From positions 42,780,001 through 42,844,000 of the forward strand of contig NW_024704744.1 in the NCBI RefSeq assembly GCF_018977255.1: a stretch of DNA of 64,000 bases, read 5' to 3'. The notes beneath the pieces were generated by a model that worked only from the letters and a program-made list of their open reading frames with translations, searched no databases and was not told the origin of the DNA. This document shows, piece after piece, positions 39,205 through 53,020 of the stretch. The stretch's first letter is position 1. Each line of letters starts with the position of its first letter. Both the position numbers and the translations under genes were made by a program. This stretch comes from Callorhinchus milii. Taxonomy: Eukaryota.

Positions 39205-42200
39205 AATCATAGAATAATACAGCACAGAAGGAGGCCATTCAGCCCATGGTGTCTGTGCCGGCTCTTTGAAAATAGCTATCCAATTCAATCCCACTCCCCC
39301 GCTCTCTCCTATAAACAACATCAACTGCATTACCTCCATCTCTCAGCTGCCTCTGCCCCTCCTTCTACTAACCCCTCCCAATCTACCCCTCTCACCCTGG
39401 CCCCTACCCATTCCTCCCTCCACACTTTGAACCTGTCTCCCACTCATCTCTCACCACCCCTATAACCCGCATGAAACCGACCACCTACTCCTTCGACCCT
39501 ATTCCTACCCCTCCCCATAACTCCTTACCTCTCTCCCCATAGCCCTGCAAACTTGTCCTCCCCAAATAATTATCTACTTCTCCCTTAAAAATTATTATCG
39601 AATCGGCTTCCACCACCCTTTCAGGCAATGCATTCCAGGTCTCAAGAACTCGCTGTATGAAAAAAAATCTCCTCACCTCCCCGCTGTTTCTTTTAACAAC
39701 TATTTTAAATCGGTGTTTCTCCTTGTTCACCCTATCGAATTCCCTCATAATTTTGAAAACTTCTAGTAAGTCTCCTCTTAACCTTCTCTGCTCCAAGGAG
39801 TATAATTCTAGCTTCTCTCGCCTCTCTTCATAACTGAAGTCCCTTATATGAACCCTCAGGTCTCTCTGTTCCTTCACTGCCTTTAAGATTGTACCATCAG
39901 CTTATATTGCCTCTCCTCATTCTTCCTCCCAAAATGCATCATTTTGTACTTCTCCACATTAAACTTCATCTGCCACGTGTCTGCCCATTTTACCAGTCTG
40001 TCTATATCTTCTTGCAGTCCGCTACTATCCTCCTCACTGTTTACTACTTTTCCTAGCTTAATATCATCTGCAAACTTGGAGATTGTTCTTGCTAAACACA
40101 AGTCCAAGTCATTTATATAGATTAGAAAGAGCACTGGTCCTAATACCAACCACTGAGGGAACGCCGCTGTATACTTCCCTCCAGTCAGAAAAGTAACCGT
40201 TCACCACAACTGTCTGCTTTCTGTCTCCCAACCAGTTCTGTATCCGTGCTGTCAATGTCCCTTTAATACCGTGGGCTTCTATTTTGCTTACAAGTCTCTA
40301 ATATGGCACTTTATCAAACGCCTTTTGAAAATCTATATAAACTACATCAACTGCATTACCTTCATCGCTCAGCTACCTCTGTCCCTCCTTCTACTACCCC
40401 CTCCCCATCTAACCCCCTCACCCTGGCCCCTACCCTTTCCTCCCTCCACACCTTTGAACCTGTCTCCCACTCATTTCTCACCACCACTATAACCCGCATG
40501 AAACTTACCACCTGCTCCCTCGACCCCATCCCTACCCCTCTCCTTACATCCCAGTTCCACCTCCTTGCCCCTCTACTCACAGACATCATAAACCTCTTCC
40601 TGTCCACTGGTACCATTCCCACCCCTTTAAAAACGGCTGTCATTGCTCCTAACCTTAAAAAACCCTCCCTGGACCCATCACTGCTCCCAAACTACTGCCC
40701 TATCTCCAATCTCCAACCTCTCTTTCCTCTCCAAGGTCCTGGAATGAGTTGTTGCTTCCCAGCTTCTCTCCTTCCTCTCCCGCCACTCCCTTCATGAACC
40801 CCTCCAATTGGGTTTCCCGTGCCGCCCACAGCACAGAAACAGTCATGGTCAAAGTGACAAATGACATTCTGTCTATCTGCGACCAGGGCTCCCTCTGCCT
40901 CCTCGTCCTCGTTAACCTCTCTGTTGCCTTCGACACAGTTGACCACTTTATCGTCATCCACCAACCTTCCTCTCACCTCAACCTTCACGGCTCTGTCCTT
41001 AAATGGTTCAGATCGTACCTCTGTCACCGCCACCACTTCATCTCCACAAACGGTTTCTCCTCTAGCACCCGCACCATCTTGTGCAGTGTTCCTCAGGGCC
41101 CTGTCCTTGGTCCCCTCCTCTTCAACATCTATATAATCCCTCTTGGTGACAACATCCGCAGACAGGGATCAACTTCCACATGTACACGGATGACACCCAA
41201 CTCTACCGCTCTGCCTCCACTCTTGACTCCAGGACCACTGCTGTGCTGACAGAATGTCTGTCAGACATGAAGTCCTGGTTGAGTGCTAACTTTCTTCAGT
41301 TATACGTCAAAAAGACCGAAGCTCTCCTGATTGGCTCCCGTCAGCACCTCCACACCTCAGGCCCTGACAGCATCACCATCCATGGTTGCACACTCCACCT
41401 TACTAAGCCAGTCCAGAACCTTGGCGTATTGTTTGACCCTCAACTATCCTTTCTAACCCATATCCATGCCATGACCCGTTCTGCCTTCCCCCACCTCCTC
41501 AACATCGCCCGGCTCCACCACTGTCTCACACCGCAGGCCACCGAAACCCTTATACACGCGTTCATTACATCAAGGTTTGACTATGCAAACTCCTTGCTCA
41601 TCGGCTTCCCCAACTCCTCCCTCCATAGGCTGCAGATCATCCAGAACTCTGCAGCCCGTGTGCTCTCCCACACCAGGCTCAGTGACCCTATCAACCCCAT
41701 TCTCGCCCGACTCCACTGGCTTCCATCACACAAAGCATAAAGTTCAAGATCCTGGGCCTCACCTTTAAAGCTTTCCACAGACTTTTGCCCCCCTACCTCT
41801 GTGACCTCCTAACCCCCTACCATCCTGCTTCACATCCCCCACCTCGCCCACCCCACCATTGGCAGGCGGGCCTTCTCCCACTCTGCCCCAATCCTCTGAT
41901 ACTCCACCCCACAGTCCCTCTGCCTCACCACTCCCTTGCCTCCTTGAAGACCCATCACAAGACCCTACTTTTCGACCGTGCTTTCGATCACCCTGTTTCC
42001 CCCCCGCCCTCCATCCTCCCCAATCCTGACCCCCAGCTCGGGTCTGAAATACTGACTGTCCAGCGCCTTGGGATGTCCTCTTGATATGTAAGGCGACATA
42101 CAAATGTAATTTTGTTGTTGTTATTCATCCACCCTCTCTGTTACTTTATCAAAAAACTCTATCCGGTTTGGTTGACACCATTTGCCTTCAACAAATTCAT

Positions 42201-42890
42201 GTTGACTGTCCTTTAATAACCCATATTTTTCTGAAGGAAAATTTATTTTGTCCTGGATTATAGTCTCTACTATTAACATCAGGCTGATTAGCCTGTAGTT
42301 CCTGGGTTTATCCTTCTGCCCCTTTTTGTACAGGGGAGTAACCTTTGCAACCCTCCAGTCCTCTGGCACCACACCAGTGTCCTAGGTAGATTGAAAGATT
42401 GTGGCCAGAGCCTCCACCACTTCCACCCTCACTTCCCTCAATAACCTAGGATGCATCCCGTCCAGACCGGATGACTTATTTACCTTGAGCATCGTCAACC
42501 TTTTTAGTGCCTCCTCTCTGTTTATTCTTATCCTATCCAATTTGTCTACGCTCTCCTCCAATACTGTTGCTTTGGCTGCATCCCATTCGTTTGGGAAGAC
42601 AGATGCGAATTACTCATTCAATATGTCAGCCATGCCCTCTGCTTCCACAAGAAGATTTCCTCTTCGATTCCTAATTGGCCCTACCCTATCTTTGACTAAC
42701 CTTTTATTCGTTATGTGCTTATAAAATACCTTAGGGTTTCCTTTTGTTACCCACTAATCTTTTCTCATACAGTCTCTTTGCCCCTCTTATTTCCTTTTTC
42801 AGTTCTCCTCTGTACTTTCTGTATTCTATTTGATTATCTTCCGTATTTGACCTGACATGTATAATAAGCTTCCTTTTTCTGTTTTATTTT
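39205..42890 (-). mobile_element. Degenerate CR1-type LINE, split by a nested L2-type insertion
   Basis: Fragments VPEDWRVAKVTPLYKKG...NYRLISL (42121-42372), VLGPVLFLIYINDLD...KFADDIKLG (39883-40149) and LELYSLEQRRLRGDL...FFIQRVLETWNALP (39485-39877). Confidence 0.92.
40367..42123 (+). mobile_element. L2-clade LINE fragment nested in the CR1, with TTCATC target-site duplication
   Basis: CSLDPIPT...KKPSLDP...NYCPISNL, HSTET, AFDTVDH, VPQGPVLGPLLFNIY, YTDDTQLY, HAFITSRFDYANSLL...LHWLP; (TTG)n tail. TTCATC occurs at 40361-40366 and 42124-42129. Confidence 0.92.
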
Positions 42891-44333
42891 AATCTATAGT
42901 GACAAAGCACTCTTAAAACATTCATTCTTTTGCCATTTTGCCAAAAGTGAACATCTTTTGTTCTCCCTCTGCCCTATTTAGAGTCACTGCCTTGAGGAGA
43001 AAAGAACATGAGGGGGGTGGGAGGAAGATTTCAGGCAGAGTGACTAATTTATGCCCTCTCGAGTCTCTGATCTCAGACAAAAAACAATCAGACAGCAATA
43101 AATAATGCACTCCATTGCTGCCAATTGAGTATTCTATCATAATACTCATGCATAATACATTTAAAAAGCATAAATCTTTATTTTTTGGTTTACTCTAATT
43201 TAAAAGTATGAATTTCACTTCAACATTCCTCAATATGACATGAAAGCTGTAGTTCATGTCTCTGGAACTGACTCCCTTGGTCAATTAGCTTCATGGCTGG
43301 TTATGGGATACTGCTGTTCACAAATTGACTGCCATGTTCGCTTACAAAATACATAATCACTCCACTTTACATTGTATCTTGTGAAACACTTTGAGATGTT
43401 TTGACATTGTGATACAATAACAACAACAACAACTTGCATTTATATGGCGCCCTTCACGTGGGGGCGTGGCAGAGTATGATGCTAAGCAAGGGGAGAAGGA
43501 AGTGGGGAGGTGACCGTAAGCATGATGAAAAAGCAAGGTCTTTAGGTGGGATTTGAATGTAGGGAGGGAGGGCAAGGCGGTGGGATTGAGGGAGAGAGCT
43601 TTTGTTTTAAGAAACACAGCATTTTGTAGCTGCATGTGTTAAGGACCTTAATTTCATACTGTGTCGTGGCTCAAAGCATAGACACTATTTTACATTTTCT
43701 GCTCTTCATACTGAGTCACAGAGCTAAAATCTCATCCATGACTCACTGCTGCAACATGTTCTGTTTTGGGGAGAAGCCCAGTGAAATAAACTGTTCAGAC
43801 CACGGGGAATGAAAATCGGCCTACTGTGTGAGCACTCGCATGGATTACATCTGTGTTTCTTAAAGCAAAAAAGACCTTTCCTATAATTATTTTATGCCAC
43901 TAAAGCCTCTTTGCTAATGTGACATGATATTAAAAGGTAGTTTTAGTTTTGCAATGCAATTATAGAGAAGGAATTTCAACTATTGCAGGAAGACAAGTAC
44001 ACTAAGTCAATAATAATTAATAATAATAATCTTTGTATGTGATATAATGCCTTACCACAAACTTGCCCTTCCTGGCCAAATTTTTGGTACAGGTCATTGC
44101 AAATCAGCTTTTTTGCTCACCTCTCCCTCCATTCACTACTTGAACCCCTCCAGTCCGTTTTTTGCCACAAAACATACACTTTATAGTATATCCTGCAAAG
44201 CGCTTTGAGATGTCTAGAAGACGTGATAAGGCGTTATATAAAATGCAACAATTATTATTATTATATGGCCTGAGATTGTGGCCATGACACAAGCAGGAGG
44301 GTAGGCAACATAACTGAAATATGCAGCTATCTT

Positions 44334-47300
44334 ATATGTGCTTACATTGCAATGGTGGACAATTGGGGGTGAATAATAAATAGCTTTTCATTTAAAGAAC
44401 ATTATAATATTATAGATAGTCATCATTATCAGGAAATACCTGATGTGGATCCTATTGTTTGTTCAACATGATCACAAGATTAGTCTGGATGAAGACTGCT
44501 TTGGCCCATCCAATTCTCATTTCTCCAGAATACCCACTTTACCATCTTCCCATCACTACCTCAAGCTGCTTTGCAAACGAGTCTAATGGACTGGCAACCT
44601 GTTCCAGTCTGTGTAAAGGAAAACTGGTATCTGTCCTGAAATTGACCTTTACAACTCTAATCCTGTGGCCTCTTGCTCTACTGTCTTGATACATCCTAAA
44701 ATATTGATCTGAGTTTTTAACCCCATTTATTACTATTTAAAATAAGCCCAGATCCTGAGCTCCTCTGTGAAGCGGTGCATAGCAATCAGTTTGTTCAGAA
44801 CAGATACACTGGCTTGATGTCAGCCTGCTTCTTACCTTTGGAGCATAATTGCTGCCTAAAGCTCATCCAATTGCAGGCTGCCTCAGCCCCTACCCCAATA
44901 TTCTCCACAAATGTGTTTATTTTAGCAAAAGTTAAAGGCAGATTGTGATTGGTTTCCAACACATATATCAATATTATGATAATAATCCCTGCAATTGTTA
45001 TAGTGCCTATATTGTATCTGAGAGATTATTAGCCAGGTCACGAGGAGGAACTCCCTTTTCCTTTTGAGTCGTGGCATGGGATCTTTAATGTGCACCTGAG
45101 TAGGGAGTTGGGATATTGGCTTAATATCTCATCTGAAGGGTGACATCTCCAACAGTGCAGCAATCCAGCATTGCACTTGAGTATCAAACTAGACAGTGTA
45201 GTTCAAAGCCCTGACACGGATCTTAAACCCACAACCTCCTGACTCAGAGGCTATCAACTGAGCCAGGCTTGTTATTACTTATTCTGCATAAGGGTGAGAG
45301 ATACCAATTTTTCAGCTTTTTCCCCAATTGGGGTTCTCCTCCCTTCATGCAACATCTCGAGTAGACCAGGCAGACTATTACCATCAACTTTATGGGGAAG
45401 CTGGTCACTACGTATCGTACAGCAATGGGCCAGAAGGAATTATTTCTCAATGGAGCAACTCTTTCTTCCATATGAAGAAAGTCTAAAGTATACTTGGATC
45501 CTAGAACTGAGCATGTGGGTGAGTTATGTGCATGAACCCAAACTGCCCTCACACATCTGACTGCAGATGCTGATACTCTGCAGTACCCATGAATATGAAT
45601 ATTATTAATAATAATTAATAGATAATATTATTTAGGAAGTGATCCACAGTTATAAATTATAAGCATATATAATAATACTTACCCAGTCCCGGAAAGCTAT
45701 CATCTCCAAGCAATCGATTTGAGTTCATGTTATAAAGCATGAAAGTGAGCTCAAGTTTGTCAAATAAACCCCGTGATTAAAGCCTTTCTACCATTGATAT
45801 AAATTATGGGTTCCATAAAGGGAGAACAATACTTGATTGGTGAAAGCCGAGTTGAGAGGAAATTGACTGTCAGAGTATTGTGTGTGGGGGGCGGGGGTGG
45901 GTGGGGGGGGATGTGGGTATGGCATTACAAAATTATACTGTGGATGACTAATGGTGGTTGAAGATAATAAGGAAATATGTGCTTACATTGCAATGGTGGA
46001 CAATTGGGGGTGAATAATAAATAGCTTTTCATTTAAAGAACATTATAATATTATAGATAGTCATCATTATCAGGAAATACCTGATGTGGATCCTATTGTT
46101 TGTTCAACATGATCACAAGATTAGTCTGGATGAAGACTGCTTTGGCCCATCCAATTCTCATTTCTCCAGAATACCCACTTTACCATCTTCCCATCACTAC
46201 CTCAAGCTGCTTTGCAAACGAGTCTAATGGACTGGCAACCTGTTCCAGTCTGTGTAAAGGAAAACTGGTATCTGTCCTGAAATTGACCTTTACAACTCTA
46301 ATCCTGTGGCCTCTTGCTCTACTGTCTTGATACATCCTAAAATATTGATCTGAGTTTTTAACCCCATTTTTACTATTTAAAATAAGCCCAGATCCTGAGC
46401 TCCTCTGTGAAGCGGTGCATAGCAATCAGTTTGTTCAGAACAGATACACTGGCTTGATGTCAGCCTGCTTCTTACCTTTGGAGCATAATTGCTGCCTAAA
46501 GCTCATCCAATTGCAGGCTGCCTCAGCCCCTACCCCAATATTCTCCACAAATGTGTTTATTTTAGCAAAAGTTAAAGGCAGATTGTGATTGGTTTCCAAA
46601 CACATATATCAATATTATGATAATAATCCCTGCAATTGTTATAGTGCCTATATTGTATCTGAGAGATTATTAGCCAGGTCACGAGGAGGAACTCCCTTTT
46701 CCTTTTGAGTCGTGGCATGGGATCTTTAATGTGCACCTGAGTAGGGAGTTGGGATATTGGCTTAATATCTCATCTGAAGGGTGACATCTCCAACAGTGCA
46801 GCAATCCAGCATTGCACTTGAGTATCAAACTAGACAGTGTAGTTCAAAGCCCTGACACGGATCTTAAACCCACAACCTCCTGACTCAGAGGCTATCAACT
46901 GAGCCAGGCTTGTTATTACTTATTCTGCATAAGGGTGAGAGATACCAATTTTTCAGCTTTTCCCCAATTGGGGTTCTCCTCCCTTCATGCAACATCTCAA
47001 GTAGACCAGGCAGACTATTACCATCAACTTCATGGGGAAGCTGGTCACTACGTATCGTACAGCAATGGGCCAGAAGGAATTATTTCTCAATGGAGCAACT
47101 CTTTCTTCCATATGAAGAAAGTCTAAAGTATACTTGGATCCTAGAACTGAGCATGTGGGTGAGTTATGTGCATGAACCCAAACTGCCCTCACACATCTGA
47201 CTGCAGATGCTGATACTCTGCAGTACCCATGAATATGAATATTATTAATAATAATTAATAGATAATATTATTTAGGAAGTGATCCACAGTTATAAATTAT

Positions 47301-47617
47301 AAGCATATATAATAATACTTACCCAGTCCCGGAAAGCTATCATCTCCAAGCAATCGATTTGAGTTCATGTTATAAAGCATGAAAGTGAGCTCAAGTTTGT
47401 CAAATAAACCCCGTGATTAAAGCCTTTCTTACCATTGATATAAATTATGGGTTCCATAAAGGGGAGAACAATACTTGATTGGTGAAAGCCGAGTTGAGAG
47501 GAAATTGACTGTCAGAGTATTGTGTGTGGGGGGCGGGGGTGGGTGGGGGGGATGTGGGTATGGCATTACAAAATTATACTGTGGATGACTAATGGTGGTT
47601 GAAGATAATAAGGAAAT
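44334..47617 (+). repeat. Head-to-tail tandem duplication, two units of about 1.64 kb (44334-45976 and 45975-47617)
   Basis: atatgtgcttacattgcaatgg recurs at 44334 and 45975, and both units end in gaagataataaggaaat. Only a few substitutions and 1-nt indels differ. Confidence 0.96.
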
Positions 47618-48279
47618 CATTTTGTCATGAGGCACAATTATGGAGCCATGTGGCAATAATGAATGTTCAGTATGTTAGAGATCTGATTGAAGTAAAAGGC
47701 ACTGTGAGTACTTTAAACAGCTCAAAGTTGTGACCGCAACATAAAACATGCTGGAATATTCATTAATTTCAGTTTAGTAGTTTTAGGATTGGCAGGTTAA
47801 GGCTCAGAGTATCACTCAATCAAATTACTCCTTCTGTTCAATCTATCTCCCAACTGAAATTGGAACTTGTTTTAGCTTGGTTCCGCAAGTTCACAATTAG
47901 TGCAATTTTGGTCTAATTTAGTAATAGTCAAGAGTTATGTCAAGTTATATTATGTCAAGGGGTGTTGATTCTGACAGCTGTTTGGAGGTTTAAAATATAG
48001 TTTTCAAAAATATTGTATCACTTTTGAATTCCATGTTGAAAGGGACGTGGAGTCAGAGGAGATGAGTACTTATACTTCTTACAAAGTATCTGCTTTATCA
48101 ACTGAGCTGAATGCATTTTACCAGTGCCGTCTGCCTTTGGGGAAATATTGGGGGTTGGAGAAGAGGAGAGAAGGCAATGAGAGAGACTACATTGAATTTT
48201 CAGTTTTCCTGAATTGGTCATGTTCTCCTGAATTAGATTTCCTCAGGTACTGGAAGCATCAGCATCCATGGGATGCACA

Positions 48280-48990
48280 CTCCATCTCACCAAGCCGGTC
48301 AGGAACCTAGGCGTCTTGTTCGGCCCTCAACTTTTCTCCTCCACATCCTTGCCATGACCTGCTCTGTCTTCCCCCACCTCTGCAACATTGCCCGACTCCA
48401 CTATTGCCTCACCCCTCAGGCTGCCGGAACCTCATATATGCCTTCTTTATAACTCGGCTCGACAATGCCAAAGCCTTGCTTGTCAGCCTTACTAACTCTT
48501 TCCTCCATAGGCCACAGATCATCCAGATCTCTGCAGCTCACATCATCACCCACACCAGGCTCCATTACCCCATCACACCCACCCTCCCTCGCCCGGATCC
48601 ACTGGCTCCCCATCCTTCAGAGGATCGAGTTCAAAATTCTCGTCCAAATCTTTCAAGGCCCTCCATGGCCTTGCCTCCTCCTACTTCTCCTGCCTGCTAA
48701 CCCCTTAACTGTCCGCTCCCTCCACTCAGCAGGCTCTGGCCTGCTCCATGTCCCACACCGGCCTGTCCCACCGTCGGTGGTCAGGCGCTCTGCCCCCACC
48801 CTCTGGAACTCCATCCCACAATCCTTTCACCCACGAATATGAATATTATTAATAATAATTAATAAATACATAATATTATTTAGGAAGTGATCCTTGCCTC
48901 CTTCAAGACCCTCCTCTTCAACCCATGCTTTGGCCACCCTCGTACTCTCTCTGCCCTCCACCCTCCTGATGCCAACCCTCCACCCTCCAA
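48280..48990 (+). mobile_element. Degenerate L2-clade LINE 3' fragment
   Basis: LIYAFFITRLDNAKALL and LARIHWLPILQRIEFKIL motifs. Confidence 0.85.
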
Positions 48991-50469
48991 ATTACAAATT
49001 TTGTTTGTATGACCCTTTATGGTTCCTAAAAAAGTGGAAATTGGGTTTCAGCTGTGCATACAAACCACAAGGTGTCAGTCAGGTTCGACTCTTACCAGGA
49101 GTCCAATGTTTCAGCCACTCAGAACTAAAGCAGTTAGAAATGAATTCAGAAAACCTTCCCTCACAAAGATAGTTGTGAAGTTTTTTAAAAGAGAGAGAAA
49201 TAAATGAAGGTATAAAGGAGTCTGGTGAAAGGACGGGTCATTGGGATGCAAACATCTGCCAAGATCTAATAAATATGTGGATCAAGCTCTTGGCTGAATG
49301 GCTCCCTCCGTTTCCTATGTTCCTAATGAATTTCCATTGGTCAATGTTTCACAAAACATTTGATGTTTAATAAAGAGTGAATTTAAACAGTAGTTTTGAT
49401 TATGTTGCATTTGGCCATAGTAAATACACGAGGGATAAATTACGATATTGTGAAGTGTTAATTAACACATATGTTGCTAAGTAACACATGTGTTGTAAAC
49501 TGTGACCTTATTATGATAATAATTTGTCTGGTCTCCTGGTGTTCTGGACGTAGATTTCTCCCTACTCTCAGTGATTGAGAGCTGACCTTGCTGCACAATG
49601 GACTTCAAGATCTTGATAGTAGATTGACAGTGAACAGTTATCAGCTTTACTCTATTTTTTTGTTCAGTAACAACTAGAAACCTTCTAACTTTTGTCCAGT
49701 ACCATATTTTTGAATGAGCTCAATGCAATATACTGCATTCCACTTTTTTTGAAAATGTTACTCTGTTGTTTCCCCCACTCTTTTAGAAACCTAGAAAAAC
49801 CCAGTACACCTTTTCAGCCATCAAGCCTACACTTCCTTTAAATCTATCGTAATTCTTTATTTCTATTACTCTGCTTTTTCTTTTATCTTTTCTTACCAAG
49901 GGTCTACTGTACCTAACTCACCAACAACAACTTGCATTCATATAGGATCCTTAATGCAGTGTAGCTATATATGTATCTCGCCCCCTCCCTTCTTCCCTCC
50001 CTCCCAGAGTCTCTCCCTCCCGGAATGTAAATAGCTTTGGCCTACTGCTTGTCCCTTGTCCCCTCTGTTCCACCATCTGCGGCCATGCTTTCAGCCACTA
50101 CTACCTGAAAGTCAGAAACATTCTCACTCATTCCCTCCTTGTCCTCTTGTTCCCTGTGTGGAGTCCTGTAGTGGTTCCGAGCGCTACTTTGAAAGCATGA
50201 GACCCGTATTCGATTTCCAGGTGGGGAAAAACCTTGGGGCAAGTTTCCTTATTCCACGCATGCACACACAACACATTAAACAGTAAGTTAGTCAATTGGC
50301 AGGTCGCAGATCTCTGTGCTGACTTTGGCTTGCGAATAGAGGATCCGGCTACACCTTAAATCTTCCTTGATTCACTGATTACCTTTTCCTAGATGAGTTT
50401 CTCAGAGGTAGTTCAGACATAGGATTACTTGCTTAACCCTCCCCCATCTTTACCCACCCCAGCCAATAT

Positions 50470-50810
50470 TTCAAATTGGAGAGCATTTTGTGTCCTCAAA
50501 GGCTTGGATGGGAATATCATGATCTATCATTCTTGACAGAATTATTGACTTGGTCTTTCTTGGCGCTGAGATATCACACCATTTTTCCGCCCACTGTTCA
50601 ATTCTGCTTACATCTGCCAGCAGTGATTCATTCGCGGCTTGTCTTTCAGTGAGGGAGTTAACCATATGTATCAGCAAAGAAAGTGCCATCAATTTTAAGT
50701 GACACACAACCAAGGCGCTGATGAAGATTTGGACATGGCTTATTGGTAGTTTTGAGTTTAATAAAGAGGACTGCCAATCAATTGGCCACACTCGGTCATC
50801 CATGGAAATG
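50470..50810 (-). mobile_element. Old non-LTR reverse-transcriptase remnant
   Basis: Translation ...ESLLADVSRIEQWAEKW...PRKTKSIILSR resembles the LQxDLxxIxxWAxxW thumb region of CR1-like RTs. Confidence 0.55.
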
Positions 50811-52414
50811 ACGCGGTTTGTGGAATCAGTGTCTTCAGGAAAGGAATGGAAGAATTGAGCAAATAAATGTTGCTATATATTTGGATTCAGGATGAGACAC
50901 ACTTTTGGTCTGTGCGGTAGGATAATTTCATGCAGAAGTGTCACCAAGAGGGAGGGAATATCTAAAGTGCAAGTCAACTTGCGTCATTCTCTCCATTAGC
51001 AGCTTGTTATGGAGTGTTAATGTGCGTCAGCCAAGCTCAGTTGGTAGCAATCTCGTCTCTGAGTCAGAAGTTTGCGGGTTCAAGCCCCATCTCAGGACTT
51101 TGAACTCATATAGGTTGGACTGATGCAGTGCTGGAGGTGTGCTGCATTATTGGAGGTGCCATTCTTCGGACGAGAGATTAAACTGAGATCATCTGCCTGT
51201 TCATGTGGAAGTTAAAAATCCTATTTGAAAAGTGATGGAAGTTTTTTCTGGTGTCTTGGCCAAAAATACTCCAAATAAAATTAGTCATTCATTTGGGATA
51301 TTGCTGTGTGCAAATTGGCTGCCATGTTTCCTCTACAAAATTCCAGTCACAATTCTTTTCATTATAATATAATTTATTTACTTTATTTTTCATTATATCC
51401 TGTGAAGGTGCTCTATAAATGAAATTGTGTTGTTGTTGTTGTTGTTGAAGTGCTTTGAGATATCCTCTTGATGTGATTGTTATTGGCAGAGGTCTATGAG
51501 CTGGTTATCTGGATACTGGAACATAAAAAAGGGAAACTATAATGCTGTATGTAAGTTGCAGAAATGAGGCAATGCTGGTATGAAATTATGCCAACACAGA
51601 ATTCCACCTTATGTGCTGTGTTTCCCCCAAAATACCATGTGATAGGGATATGACATAATTTCTTAACATTGTATTATTTGTTGCAGGTTAATATTTTCCA
51701 AGTGACAAAAGCAGAAAGTTAACGTGGGTTTTAAACTTTGTAATATAGTCGCTGCCCTAATTTCTCGACAGTGTGGGCAGGTTTATATTGATAGTTCCAA
51801 TTTCTCAAGGAAAACAAGTTTGTTATTGCCTACATCAACTGAAGACATTTGTGGGAATTTATGTTTGCCTCAAAGTAATCAATTCTATGTGTGAAATAAT
51901 AGAAACAAACTTTTTCCTTCTTACAATCCAATTTACTCTGCTTCATCGTATAGCAATCTCTAAGTATGACTCATTGAAACTGAAATAAACTACAAGAAAT
52001 AAGCTGGGTGTAGGTCAGAAGAAAAAAAGAAGTGGAGGTGTTGAAGGCCTCATGGAAATAGAAACGGATAGAGAGAAAAGAGGCATGTTCTTACTTTTTG
52101 GCAAAAACGTAAGAAATTGAAATCTTAACAAGATACTGTTATTAATGGTGTATGAGATATGTTATAAAATCAATATTTGTTAAACTGTTTTAATTGCAAA
52201 CCTCATTGGAATTTATTGCAAGCTTAAAAAATACGCAGTACATAGGATCCCTGGGTGGTTATACTGTCATTAGCCTCAGGCTTTACAGTTTGTTTGTTTG
52301 GAGACGTAGGGGGTAGGAGGAGTGTGAACTTGTGAACACACCAGCCAGTTGGCAGGTGCGTTGGTATTGGATGTGTGAACCTTGACAAGCTTCCTCACCG
52401 CTCATGAATAATGA

Positions 52415-53020
52415 CTACAACAACAACAACTTGCATTTATTTAGCGCCCTCCTCACTGGGCGGTATCTCAGAACGCTTAACAAATGGTGGAGCCCAAGGC
52501 CAAGCCAGGAAGGTTCAGGCGCGACCTGAAGATGGGTGAGGAGGGGGTGAGGTGAAGGGGTTGAGGGAGGGAGTTCCAAAGTTTGTGGGCGTAGCGGCTG
52601 AAGGCACAGCTGCCAATGATGGAGCGAAGAATTTGGGGGACGCAGAGAAGGCCGGACTCAGTAAGCAGAGGCAGCGGGTACTGCTGTGGGGAGAGGATGT
52701 TACAGAGATAGGAGGGTGTCAAGAAAGGAGGGATTTCAACACTAGAGTGAGGATCTTGAAGCTGATCCGCTCTGTGACAGGGAGCCAGTGGAGTTTGGTA
52801 AGGACTGGAGTAATCGGGGTATGAAGTTTGGTGCAGGTGAGAATGCGAGTGGCAGAGTTTTGAAAGAGCTGAATTTTGTGAATAGTGGAGGAGGGGAGAC
52901 CGGCAAGCAGGGCATTAGAGTAGTCCAGCCCAGAGGTGATAAAGACATGGAAAAGGGTTTCGGCAGCTTTTGGGGTTGAGGTATTGTCGGAGACGGGCAA
53001 TGTGGTGAAGGTGGAAGAAA
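52415..53020 (-). mobile_element. Degenerate L2-clade LINE 3' fragment
   Basis: [20 protein letters not shown]...[15 protein letters not shown]; (CAA)n tail on the plus strand at about 52418-52430. Confidence 0.87.

Noticed and set aside
49901-49985. Candidate SPACA1 exon 4: long pyrimidine tract, ag|GG, reading WSTVPNSPTTTCIH
   Set aside because: The TTTCIH part comes from the caacaacaacttgcatt tail of an antisense L2 repeat. Spacing and the other residues do not match SPACA1.
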